IMG/VR virus record: IMGVR_UViG_3300022205_000001 | Location: 64,001 to 128,000 of that record | Length of the DNA stretch: 64,000 nucleotides | From: a virus | Taxonomy: Duplodnaviria; Heunggongvirae; Uroviricota; Caudoviricetes | Direction: 5' to 3' (one strand) | In this document: in pieces, positions 57,001 to 64,000 of the stretch | Layout of the letters: each line of letters opens with the position of its first letter | Position numbering within the stretch: position 1 is the stretch's first letter | Position numbers and translations under genes: made by a program | Notes under the pieces: generated by a model | What the model saw: only the letters and a program-made list of their open reading frames with translations | Told to the model about the DNA's origin: nothing | Database searches by the model: none

Positions 57001-57297
57001 CACAATGAATTTTCCAATATAATCATTGATATCAACAGATTCGCCATTTGGGTCAGTGGATTCAACACAGACATACTTGGTCTTGCTTGTTTCCAACATG
57101 GTCTGGCCACCAGTGACGATGGAACCATTCTGGAAAACGTTACGAGCGAATTTGGCGACTTGATCCTGAAGGATTGTCTGACTTTGCGTTAATTCACGAG
57201 CCTGAACAGGAAAACTTGGACGATACAGGATTTTGTGGAAGTTCTTTGATTCGTCAAAATCGTCGTAGTAAGGGCTCTGAGAGATATCGATTGCCAT
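51070..57297 (-). CDS. large baseplate/virion structural protein (DUF4815-like)
   Basis: SPYYDDFDESKNFHKILYRPSFPVQARELTQSQTILQDQ, RFKNGILVDAF, DPLAQTF, PRIRDFRVVA; TATAAATA at 57330-57337. Confidence 0.85.
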   Translation of the reverse strand: MAIDISQSPYYDDFDESKNFHKILYRPSFPVQARELTQSQTILQDQVAKFARNVFQNGSIVTGGQTMLETSKTKYVCVESTDPNGESVDINDYIGKFIVDGDGEGVRAYVIAAQEATLTTPVTLVIKYTSGQTFNIAAVNPISTDDNTASVSILGSLSGLTGVTSNTIVGNSSICSIDTGVFFVDGYFVQVSPQTVILDAYRTTPSYRIGLEKEESIVTAIDDTTLLDPALGATNYQAPGADRYKISLTLTKRSLTSDDDAKFIELLRVEDGNLTKKIVYPTYSVLEDTLARRTNDQSGSFTVRPFKIATEPHETYANAFNIVVEPGKAYVQGYEFETLAPYYIKAERARDVANVTNYNTTIDYQNWLEVTNMAGPIPFKTLQVGTIHCVAHADINVSNAAAATNTVIGTVKIRALDYQTGANATSISTGVWRAYTIDANIGESLVCNCSATGTANTIYLAPNFSVVSNAYVGVKLTITTNAGSSLSETHVIGSYDGPNNKATLEAGDEFSFGIPGTMTRFRLDYEFKDAESIVYANTTTNQHVFSTKMDVATSSKYSLAEDAYRGAYLSDTGFNRAILELPYAFIAPQDVVGGTPLTNSEYYGFKAYTGVQFTQNVATITSAAGITSAVNGAPLSGSDAMDNLLVVVRNNTGSPIANNQVINFSSGNPDGNSVSVTTTSNTSTWQITVPNMFSASSADVYAKVKLPYSHSLGNLIRSKTQRVANVASGLNSGGIQIPDANNGLVQWYSQASGANGAQITFYANSAAWLNLKDPSKSQSIFTSDVLRLRKVYDTGRNAITDGNVSIAADMTSSYVLDNGQRDNVYDHASIRLKPGVAGPTGNVVVYVDYLAHSGQGYLTVDSYQSANITYANIPSYTSPTTGFEYQLRDCIDFRPRRQDGDFLGIYDECILGIPGQAFETDFSYYLARVDKIVLTRDRVFEVLRGLPSLNPIAPSDKDNAMTLYTLVLPPYTASLRDIRQKYTDNRRYTMRDIGTLEQRISTLEYYTSLTLLEQAAKNQEITDDTGANRFKNGILVDAFTGHGVGDVLNTDYKCSIDQENQELRPPFRTESLALEFNPSGSENYDRVGAFVSLPFTESTFLDQSIASAAVNVNPFNTVSFIGNIKLDPSSDTWIDTNQLPDVHVNMEGDNDAWDAITKAVESNPNSGFGTVWNSWQTTWTGVTHKSDQIINPGWRGYLGHLGHRVNVYGNVVKRSVDEVTQKQVRTGVRTQFVPQTITQSIGNRVVDVSIIPTIRSRGVLFLGKMFAPNTQLYAFFDETAVTTYCNRPNVIKVNNPTVRYKDDYQDSETVRVYDPARGANTAFAQVVLSRNENGYSNVTVVSVQGGDDDNVANSYIVHSTNSTFLIGETSGANSRISGYYHFSGFVTAPNLSSIILQHDMANANNGIANTNLVGEKIYFTSGAGLGQESTITAFDYVTRNVTFSPALTTTPNTATTYSIGAFRTDHRGETVGVFIIPSSNTLSFRTGERPFTLVDSLNGSVEGSGTNGTVKYVAQGMMQTQENTLISTRVPTIQRTLLEDTRTVHTTKVTDTVVGKRLIGYWDPLAQTFLVDQEKYPSGIMLTGVRLLIKSVDPNIPMGLQLRPVVNGFPHSSQVIPGSDIVINAEDCNVVSEDELAAVYAAGNNPLDDATIYTEVRFSGPVYLQQGAEYCIVLMANSVKYEVYISRMGDKILGTDRLISSQPYLGVFFKSQNSTTWNPIQEEDLTFRLIKATFDSTVEANLEFQLSSANPISANVPLDCYYVTAGNLLLPNTSIDSEAATTLATGVKQENRSIPLQENVYFDDTLGRRVATSDVSSFKLRIFLSSESRDVSPIVDMDRLSVLAIENLCNNLGLDNSSAVVISSSTNWATAANLTLTISGGGGSGANAYIANTQIDSNNSILANVVVDVEGSGYTTTPTITLSGNTALSANIVVMGEDQPAGGPAEARYITRMVTLADGMDAGDFRVYFGAYKPSVANIYVYYKILSADDSDTFDNKGYQLMTIVKGQNNVSLNQEDIKEYVYAPGSDNVADDRVQYGSFTSFKYFAIKIVMTTTDTTRVPRIRDFRVVAIPSLS

Positions 57298-57341
57298 GTG
57301 TTAGTCCATCTCCTATAAAGTAATAAAACTATTTATATGTG

Positions 57342-58688
57342 TTATTGAAATCCTATGACCAGCTTAACTGACTCTGCTTGTCCTGTTACTCGTATAACCG
57401 GGGCTCGATTTTCGACGTAAATGATATCTCCCGTTTCACATTCCAAATCTGGGTCAGTGTATGAAATTACTGTCCGTGAAATACCAGACGATGCTCCAAT
57501 GAGCAATGCTCCCGTTACCGGAGTTCCCTGACGATTCACACATTCAACGGCATTTGTCATGATATCCAATACATTTGCGGAGAATGTGGAATTAGATGCC
57601 GCATTGCCCTGGTATATCAGTTCGTCTTTTGTATATGAGGGTCCAGACGTGAGAATAATCTGGGTTGACATCGAAACTGCAATATTTGCGTTTGCGTGAG
57701 ATACCGCACTGCTTTCCCCATATTTATGTGGTCTCAATAGGACTGCAACTTGACGGAAATCGTTGTTTGCATTGATTTTCCCACCCTCTGTTGAGTCAGT
57801 TTCCCCAATCTTCACAGCAATCATAATTGTGTTTGCGCCCAATTCTCTTGCTGGATTGAATCCATGCCCACCATACGGCGACAAGACCATGCGAACATTT
57901 GCGCCCGATCCCGATCCAGCAATTGTAGTACGTGCGTTCTGGCGGGTATACCCTGATCCACGGTTTGTCAATGAAATAGAAGAAATGTTTCCATTAGCAT
58001 GAACATTGACACTTGCATTGCCGCTTGACCCTGATCCTGTGATCGTAATTGTTGTATTGGTATTGGAATACCCCGACCCTTCTGATACGAGCACTAAGCG
58101 CGAAATTGCCCCTGCGACTAAGTTATTTGCGTATCCAAAGTAAGATGCTGACTGTGAAAATGGAACTGGAATCCAGTCTGTTGTTAAAAATTTACTCGTT
58201 GCTGGAACCTTATAGAGATACTTCCAAGTGTATCCATCGCCCGTTGTGGTAAACCCATTAGCTACCGTGTAGTTATTCGCAGGCTCGATAGTCGAGAGTG
58301 CACCATTCGCATTATCGATACACTTGTACACATTCCCACTTGACGTATACACATACAACGAATTGGCGGCGTACAGTTGCGACTGGGTATTCTGGGCATC
58401 ATCATATTGGGTATAGACGATATTGGCTGCCCAGTTTCTTCGTGGAATAACAAGAAAAATATCGTTCCCTGTGATCTTTTTTCCACCGATAAAATCGTTA
58501 TGAGTGACAAAACGTGATACTTCAGTATCATCGATAGCTATCGCATTGTCTCCGTTTGCCCATGCTTCAGGTTTACCGAGCATGATGTACCCAACGGAAG
58601 CACCGTTTGCAGTGGTCACGAAACTATCGTAGAAAATGAAAGCTTTTTCGTATCCTAGTGTATATGACACATTTGAGTAATTCGGCAT
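57342..58688 (-). CDS. gp8: baseplate wedge subunit
   Basis: VIPRRNW, NVYKCIDN, DGYTWKYLY, NDFRQV, GDIIYVENRAP; TATAAATA at 58709-58716. Confidence 0.93.
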   Translation of the reverse strand: MPNYSNVSYTLGYEKAFIFYDSFVTTANGASVGYIMLGKPEAWANGDNAIAIDDTEVSRFVTHNDFIGGKKITGNDIFLVIPRRNWAANIVYTQYDDAQNTQSQLYAANSLYVYTSSGNVYKCIDNANGALSTIEPANNYTVANGFTTTGDGYTWKYLYKVPATSKFLTTDWIPVPFSQSASYFGYANNLVAGAISRLVLVSEGSGYSNTNTTITITGSGSSGNASVNVHANGNISSISLTNRGSGYTRQNARTTIAGSGSGANVRMVLSPYGGHGFNPARELGANTIMIAVKIGETDSTEGGKINANNDFRQVAVLLRPHKYGESSAVSHANANIAVSMSTQIILTSGPSYTKDELIYQGNAASNSTFSANVLDIMTNAVECVNRQGTPVTGALLIGASSGISRTVISYTDPDLECETGDIIYVENRAPVIRVTGQAESVKLVIGFQ

Positions 58689-58721
58689 AGTTCCTCACCC
58701 GTTAAGGGTATTTATACGTGG

Positions 58722-61073
58722 TTAAGAAGAGGATTGATAGGTATTTGCTATGTTCACCTGTGGTGGAGTACCTGTAACCGATATCTCTTCGTTGATCAGA
58801 TATTCTCCGCGCAATTGCATACCAGCAGGGTGCAATAAGTCTTTCAAAATTGACTTATACTTACTGAGTTCTGTTTCAGATCGAATAATGTAGGAGTAGG
58901 TGCTGTAGTACCCACCACTCTCCAACCGCTGGTCTGAACTTAAAAATCCTTCTGTTGTTGAGAAACGTCCAGGAGCCGTAAATAGATTGCTCAACATGAT
59001 CGCAACCGCAGTGGCTTTTCCGTTCCCCTTCGTTGAGAGATCGATTGTTGGAGCAGACTGATACCCATATCCATGACTAGTGATACGGATGGAACGAATC
59101 TTCCCTACAGGTTCTTGCGTCTGTGATGATAATTCAAACTCAGCCCCACCGGACAACACCAATTCTGCTAAAATATTTGCTCCTGAGGCAAATGGATTGT
59201 TCGATGTAACATGCACAGTCGGTAGCGCATTTTGACGGTAATTCATCCCTCCGATAAAGTATCGACCATACACTCCCATCTTTCGATTTGTGGAGGTTCG
59301 CGTGAGCGCCGTATTAACAATCAAATGGGTATCATTGGTGATCGATGTGACATAGCTCGATTCACTGTTGATTTCGATTCGGTCATTCGCAAACAATTCT
59401 GTGGTAAAGTATGTTCCCGTACCAATAACTTCCGTGTTGGAGACAGAAGGAGTTACATTCACTGTTCCGGTGACACGAGAGGGTCTAAAATTGACAGTCT
59501 TGATCCCACTATTCGCAACATGGAGGCTTGTAACTTCCGCAGCCGCACCAATCCCAATTCCTACACCAGGAATGTTCTCAAAGGAGACTTCATCCCCAAC
59601 TTGATAGTTAACGCCCCCATTTGTTACATTCATCTTTCCAAGAATGCCGAACCAGTTTAATGTGACATTCGCAGTAGCAACGTTTCCGTTTGCAGTATTA
59701 CCAGTCACCGTGACAACTAAAGGATCAACAGCTAAAGTTGGTGCAGTATTGAACACGGCGGTGCTGCTAGTGATGATCAACTCTGTAATTGGACCCAAAC
59801 GCTCAACTGAATATTTTCCGAGAATGAAATCAGTAAATGCGGTGCTCATAACAGTGTTCGCATTCTCAGACAGCCCAGGTGGGAAATAGTAATTGCTATC
59901 AGACATTGTGGTGTTCGCCCACAGCGATAACACATCCTGGACAATCGGATATGAATTTGGATGCACCGCTTCCGAGGTATCCACACTCAAGACGTAGGCA
60001 TTCAATCCTGTATTTGGCAGTGATGTGATGTATGCGGGTTGACCAATTTGATATCCCACTCCACCAGTTACGACACGAATATTTGAAATCAGTGCAGTGA
60101 ATACGGAGTCAACAATAGCAGTCGCAGAATTCTGTGGAAATCCTCCGGTAATCGTGACCACATCACCGACGTTGTAGGATTGTCCCCCGTTCGTGATTTC
60201 AATGTCGATCAAATATGATATCAGTCGAGCGTAAATATCCACATATAGACCATTGTCTACATCATAGGTCCATCGCCCACGGAGCACTTCTGATTGTGAA
60301 AATGTGCCAAGGGGATTGCTAACCAAAAGGTCTAATTGAGTAACTTCATCAGCAATGATTTCCTGTAATGATTCTGTGACAGCAGATGCCCCTGATGTTT
60401 GTCCGTTGAAACGAACAATGATTTCGCGGTTTGCAAACAGATCAATGAGGTCCGATCCACTGTATGTGACTTTTATAACCACATTGGAAGCAGGCGCACT
60501 ATCGAAAATGATGTACGGTTCATTGGGGGAATGTCGATATCCTGATGATTGTAAGACTCCATCCAAATACACAGTCGCATCGGCACCACGCGAGTCATCT
60601 AATGCCCGAAAACGTGTTGTTGTGCCATCCCCCGTTTGAATCGTCCACATCGTCGGATCAAGACGAAGAGAAGTCATATTGACCCATCCACTACTCGATG
60701 CACGAAGCACACTGGTGTGCGGGTAATACACTTCGATATTCTGCCCATACAAAAGACGGAACAAGAGTTTTATGGATTTCTCCGTACCCTTTGACCGATA
60801 GAGTTCTTTTGCATGTTGAATGAAGAACGTTGGGTTACTGAGTTGAGCAGACGAGAACAATGGAAGGAACTGGTTGATGAAATAACTTTCAAAGTCATCT
60901 AATGTTTCATCGAGGTCAATAGCATCAGGAAGAGACTTACTCAAGTTCATCACTTGCCCAGACGAATCCATCCATGCGTAGTAGGCTTCTACGAATGCAA
61001 CAAAGGTGTCATAGTTGCTTCTGATAAATTCAGGAAGCTGTTGTCGAATGAGTAATGAGACTGTATTAGCCAT
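58722..61073 (-). CDS. gp7: baseplate wedge initiator
   Basis: QQLPEFIRSNY..FVAFVEAYY, YRSKGTEKSIKLLFRLLYG, YYSTYSYII, KDLLHPAG. Confidence 0.88.
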   Translation of the reverse strand: MANTVSLLIRQQLPEFIRSNYDTFVAFVEAYYAWMDSSGQVMNLSKSLPDAIDLDETLDDFESYFINQFLPLFSSAQLSNPTFFIQHAKELYRSKGTEKSIKLLFRLLYGQNIEVYYPHTSVLRASSSGWVNMTSLRLDPTMWTIQTGDGTTTRFRALDDSRGADATVYLDGVLQSSGYRHSPNEPYIIFDSAPASNVVIKVTYSGSDLIDLFANREIIVRFNGQTSGASAVTESLQEIIADEVTQLDLLVSNPLGTFSQSEVLRGRWTYDVDNGLYVDIYARLISYLIDIEITNGGQSYNVGDVVTITGGFPQNSATAIVDSVFTALISNIRVVTGGVGYQIGQPAYITSLPNTGLNAYVLSVDTSEAVHPNSYPIVQDVLSLWANTTMSDSNYYFPPGLSENANTVMSTAFTDFILGKYSVERLGPITELIITSSTAVFNTAPTLAVDPLVVTVTGNTANGNVATANVTLNWFGILGKMNVTNGGVNYQVGDEVSFENIPGVGIGIGAAAEVTSLHVANSGIKTVNFRPSRVTGTVNVTPSVSNTEVIGTGTYFTTELFANDRIEINSESSYVTSITNDTHLIVNTALTRTSTNRKMGVYGRYFIGGMNYRQNALPTVHVTSNNPFASGANILAELVLSGGAEFELSSQTQEPVGKIRSIRITSHGYGYQSAPTIDLSTKGNGKATAVAIMLSNLFTAPGRFSTTEGFLSSDQRLESGGYYSTYSYIIRSETELSKYKSILKDLLHPAGMQLRGEYLINEEISVTGTPPQVNIANTYQSSS

Positions 61074-61075
61074 AG

Positions 61076-63112
61076 TTATCGTATCGAGACTGAAATTCCG
61101 ATAGCCGTTGGGTCATCAGAATCAAGAATGAGTAATTGGTTGCGTTGCGTTTCAATAATTGATGAATCTGGCTGCACACTGATACGAACATCCCCTTCAT
61201 CAGTGAGGGATTCAAGCACTGCAAGGTTATTGATAATTACTTCCCCCGTATGATAATCAATCGTTCCGATTTCTGGATCGATATCAATTTTCTCCGAGAA
61301 TGTGTTGTAGTAGAACAGCCGGATTGTTCCATACTTTGACTGCAAGACTGCCGATGCGGCTCCCTCTGATCCATCTCCAGTAATGGTCACAATGGCAGAA
61401 GTATATCCACTTCCACGTTTTGTGACGGTGATTGACTCAATCTTGCCGTTTACAATCTTCGCTTCTGCGGTCGCTCCTGATCCATCACCTGTGATCATGA
61501 CCGTTGGAGCCACGGTATAATTGTAGCCTGGATTTGTGACGGTGATTGAATCGATACCAGTTGACGAATTGAACACTTCTTCAAGGTATGCTGTTCTTTG
61601 AGTACCGGTATTGTCGTTGACCACAAATGCTGTAGACTTCAAGGCATGTTGAATTGGTGCGTATCGCAATGCGGTTCCGAAGTTTATCGCATAGGTAACA
61701 CGAGTGTTTAGTGTTGGAGTAAAACGCTTCTCCAATCGAACCGTCGTGTCTGATCCAATAATCGCGGTAAGAGAATCGTCAACGGCCCGTCCAAATTTAG
61801 AAATAACAAAACTTGCTCCGAACTGATTGAACGTATCATCACAATATGTAATGATAGCATCACGCACAGTCGAAGCGATTTGTGTTGATGTGAGAAGAGT
61901 TTCTTTTCCATCCACTTCAACATTCGTTTCAAACTTTAGATACACATAGTCTGGATCAACTAACACTGGGGTAATCGTCAAGATGGTGAGCGGGGAGAGA
62001 GTTGTTTCGATGATACGGGACTTCTCCGCATTATTCAATACCACCCCTTCCTTCGGAGCAATGGAGATATACACTTTTCCGTATACTGGAGGAATGTTAT
62101 CTTCTCCACCCCACACGAACACACTCTGGATGTATGGATATCGTGCCTTTAGAAGGACTTCATAATCTTTCTGTGTGACTGCACGGTTCTGTGCGGTATA
62201 TGCTAATGGGGCATTTGCACGAATATCATCATCTGTTTCCCGATCTGCTCCACCTGATGCCGCAGAGACGGATGAAACAATAACGTTAGAGAAACCGCCG
62301 ATTGCGCCTGTAGCAAACGAATTCGCTTTGTTTGCGAGTTCCCCGACCGTTGTCAAATACGAAACAAGAACAATGTTTCCGTTCGATAATGCTTTCGAGA
62401 TTGCCCCGTCACCGAACGTGACTTTGTATTTGTTGTCTGCGGTTGGAGACAAATAATACACAGCAGAATTGGCAGTCGTCTCGGTAATATCAGTTGACAG
62501 GGTATACACTTCAGATGAAGTATTCACGTCAGACACCTGGACGGTCACGAGCATGGTATCCGTATCAATATCGTCATTTGGAAGATCAAACTGTGATTTT
62601 GGATTTGTCAATGCATTATATGTGAACGTAGCAAGTTGCGGGGTACCTGCTTTGAGTTCAAGATCTGAAAAGGTAAAGACTCCAGCTTCCTTATAGACGG
62701 TTTGTGCGCCAGCGTTCACGAATGTGTAGTTGACGCCATCGATAGATTCAGATTGAAATTCCGTGAATCGTTCTAATGTCAACACTGATTGTGTATTCCC
62801 ACCAGGAGGAGTGACTACGACATCTACGATAGCAGTAGGCGCTCGTCTCGATACTGGCAGATAGTTGAGTGATTTAGCATGAGAGAGGATAGAATTTCTC
62901 AACTGTGCGGAATCCATAAACAACTCATTTGCCATCATGTTATAGTACACAGAGTTGTAGTATGTGTTATACGCAAGGAGATTGATAAGAATAGAAAGGG
63001 CTGAACCTTCAAAGTTGTAATCAGTGAATGTGGATTGCGAATTCAAATAGTTTTTGAGGTTCGTCTTGATATTCTCAAACTCAAGTTCTGAGATAATCAG
63101 CTTTTCTGGCAT
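61076..63112 (-). CDS. gp6: baseplate wedge subunit
   Basis: ELEFENIKTNLKNYL..Q..FTDYNFEGS, QNRAVTQKDY, VWGGEDNIPPVYGKVYISI. Confidence 0.96.
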   Translation of the reverse strand: MPEKLIISELEFENIKTNLKNYLNSQSTFTDYNFEGSALSILINLLAYNTYYNSVYYNMMANELFMDSAQLRNSILSHAKSLNYLPVSRRAPTAIVDVVVTPPGGNTQSVLTLERFTEFQSESIDGVNYTFVNAGAQTVYKEAGVFTFSDLELKAGTPQLATFTYNALTNPKSQFDLPNDDIDTDTMLVTVQVSDVNTSSEVYTLSTDITETTANSAVYYLSPTADNKYKVTFGDGAISKALSNGNIVLVSYLTTVGELANKANSFATGAIGGFSNVIVSSVSAASGGADRETDDDIRANAPLAYTAQNRAVTQKDYEVLLKARYPYIQSVFVWGGEDNIPPVYGKVYISIAPKEGVVLNNAEKSRIIETTLSPLTILTITPVLVDPDYVYLKFETNVEVDGKETLLTSTQIASTVRDAIITYCDDTFNQFGASFVISKFGRAVDDSLTAIIGSDTTVRLEKRFTPTLNTRVTYAINFGTALRYAPIQHALKSTAFVVNDNTGTQRTAYLEEVFNSSTGIDSITVTNPGYNYTVAPTVMITGDGSGATAEAKIVNGKIESITVTKRGSGYTSAIVTITGDGSEGAASAVLQSKYGTIRLFYYNTFSEKIDIDPEIGTIDYHTGEVIINNLAVLESLTDEGDVRISVQPDSSIIETQRNQLLILDSDDPTAIGISVSIR

Positions 63113-63113
63113 G

Positions 63114-63503
63114 TTACCTTACCTTTTGGAGAATGAAGTCCACTTTGAATGGATCTGGAAACGTTGAAATGAATACACGAAGCATGACATTATACTGATT
63201 TTCGTCTTCATCAGGAGTCACGATCAAAGACTGAATGGTTGCTCTCGGTTCAAAGTTTTCAATTGTTTCTTGAATGAAACGAGAAATGTCACGGGCCGTG
63301 AATTCTGACACATTCTCAAACAATAATCGCCGCAAATTGCTTCCTACATCAGGTTGAAAGGGTGACTCGTAGTGATTCATTTGAAGCAGGTGCATAATTG
63401 ATTGCACAACAGCATTTGCATCCGTCTTTAGGACAAGATCCTTTCTGACAGGATGTATTCCGAAATCCAATGAAAAATCTTGGTAAATGATCGTGTTTGC
63501 CAT
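63114..63503 (-). CDS. gp25: baseplate wedge/sheath initiator
   Basis: YQDFSLDF..HP, ESPFQPDVGSNLRRLLFE, IENFEPR; TATAAATA at 63510-63517. Confidence 0.95.
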   Translation of the reverse strand: MANTIIYQDFSLDFGIHPVRKDLVLKTDANAVVQSIMHLLQMNHYESPFQPDVGSNLRRLLFENVSEFTARDISRFIQETIENFEPRATIQSLIVTPDEDENQYNVMLRVFISTFPDPFKVDFILQKVR

Positions 63504-63512
63504 AATGGTTAT

Positions 63513-64000
63513 TTATATGGTCTTCTTTCCTAGAAGATTCAAAAATCCTCCAGGATTGGTATTGCTGATTGTATCAAAAACAAAGTGGGCGCAAGCATTT
63601 TCGTTCAAGGCTTCCAGTGCTAACCCTAATGCGGCATTCTGTAGCTGATTGACGCAGTTATGAAGAAATTGGGAGTCTTTATTCATGATCCCGCGCACCC
63701 CATTCGCTATCTGTGACATAAGATCGGCAATATCTGTCACAGTCGCCGCTCCACGCTCAAGCCTCTGTAGCAAACTGGCAACTGACGCTGAATAGGAGTT
63801 GAATGTATCCTGGGAGAATAATCCAGTAGCACCCCCGATTACGGCGAGACAATCGGAACCTGCATTCATGATTGTCATCATATTCTGCATCTGTAGTCCA
63901 ATGGACAAAATTTGTTGCAGACCAGGTGCCTCGATCCCCTGACTTTTCAGGATGCCGGATAGCCGTCCGGTGTGCATAAGAAAGTTTCCAAGAGAAGTCC
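63513..64000 (-). CDS. hypothetical protein, C-terminal part (frame stays open to the window edge)
   Basis: Frame is open upstream of the listed Met (TSLGNFL-MHTG); no recognisable motif. Confidence 0.6.
   Translation of the reverse strand, partial: TSLGNFLMHTGRLSGILKSQGIEAPGLQQILSIGLQMQNMMTIMNAGSDCLAVIGGATGLFSQDTFNSYSASVASLLQRLERGAATVTDIADLMSQIANGVRGIMNKDSQFLHNCVNQLQNAALGLALEALNENACAHFVFDTISNTNPGGFLNLLGKKTI

Noticed and set aside
57342-58688. N-glycosylation sequon (N-x-S/T) enrichment
   Set aside because: About 7 of 41 Asn in gp8 are in sequons, roughly what its Ser/Thr content predicts; only the AN bias stands out.
73-62696. All plus-strand ORFs and nested minus-strand ORFs in the track
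   Set aside because: They are antisense or alternate-frame shadows of well-supported genes, with no recognisable motifs or expression signals noticed.
1-64000. tRNA, rRNA, integrase or IS elements; host assignment
   Set aside because: Intergenic gaps are short and explained by promoters or terminators; no such motifs and no host-diagnostic gene were recognised.

Overview
A 64-kb slice of a lytic T4-like myovirus genome with the cyanomyovirus/exo-T-even type of gene order. Every credible gene is on the minus strand, so reading is right to left. The late/structural block runs gp25, gp6, gp7, gp8, a 2075-aa baseplate/virion protein, two arrays of paralogous tail/receptor-binding proteins around a repeat-rich fibre, then gp13, gp14, gp15, gp16, gp17, gp18, gp19, gp20, prohead-core genes, gp21, gp22 and gp23. 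The early/replication block runs gp3, uvsY, uvsW, gp55, gp47, gp46, peptide deformylase, a MoxR AAA+/vWA pair, dCMP deaminase, a glycosyltransferase, dNMP kinase, gp45 and gp44 (partial). Six near-consensus sigma70 promoters and seven exact TATAAATA late promoters are readable directly. The best candidate for an undescribed system is a compact operon at about 7.4-11.5 kb: a GNAT-like/2OG-Fe(II) oxygenase fusion, a fold-type-II PLP enzyme and a large amino-methyltransferase-fold protein, interrupted by an HNH gene. It looks like a DNA (or protein) hypermodification pathway. Other highlights are a CX5CX3C (GP88/radical-SAM-like) gene between gp13 and gp14, a four-paralog tail array with an exact 33-bp direct repeat, and a Shine-Dalgarno ATG-TAA start-stop element. 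No tRNA, rRNA, CRISPR array, integrase or reverse transcriptase was seen. Product calls come from motif recognition and synteny, not database searches, and the host cannot be inferred.
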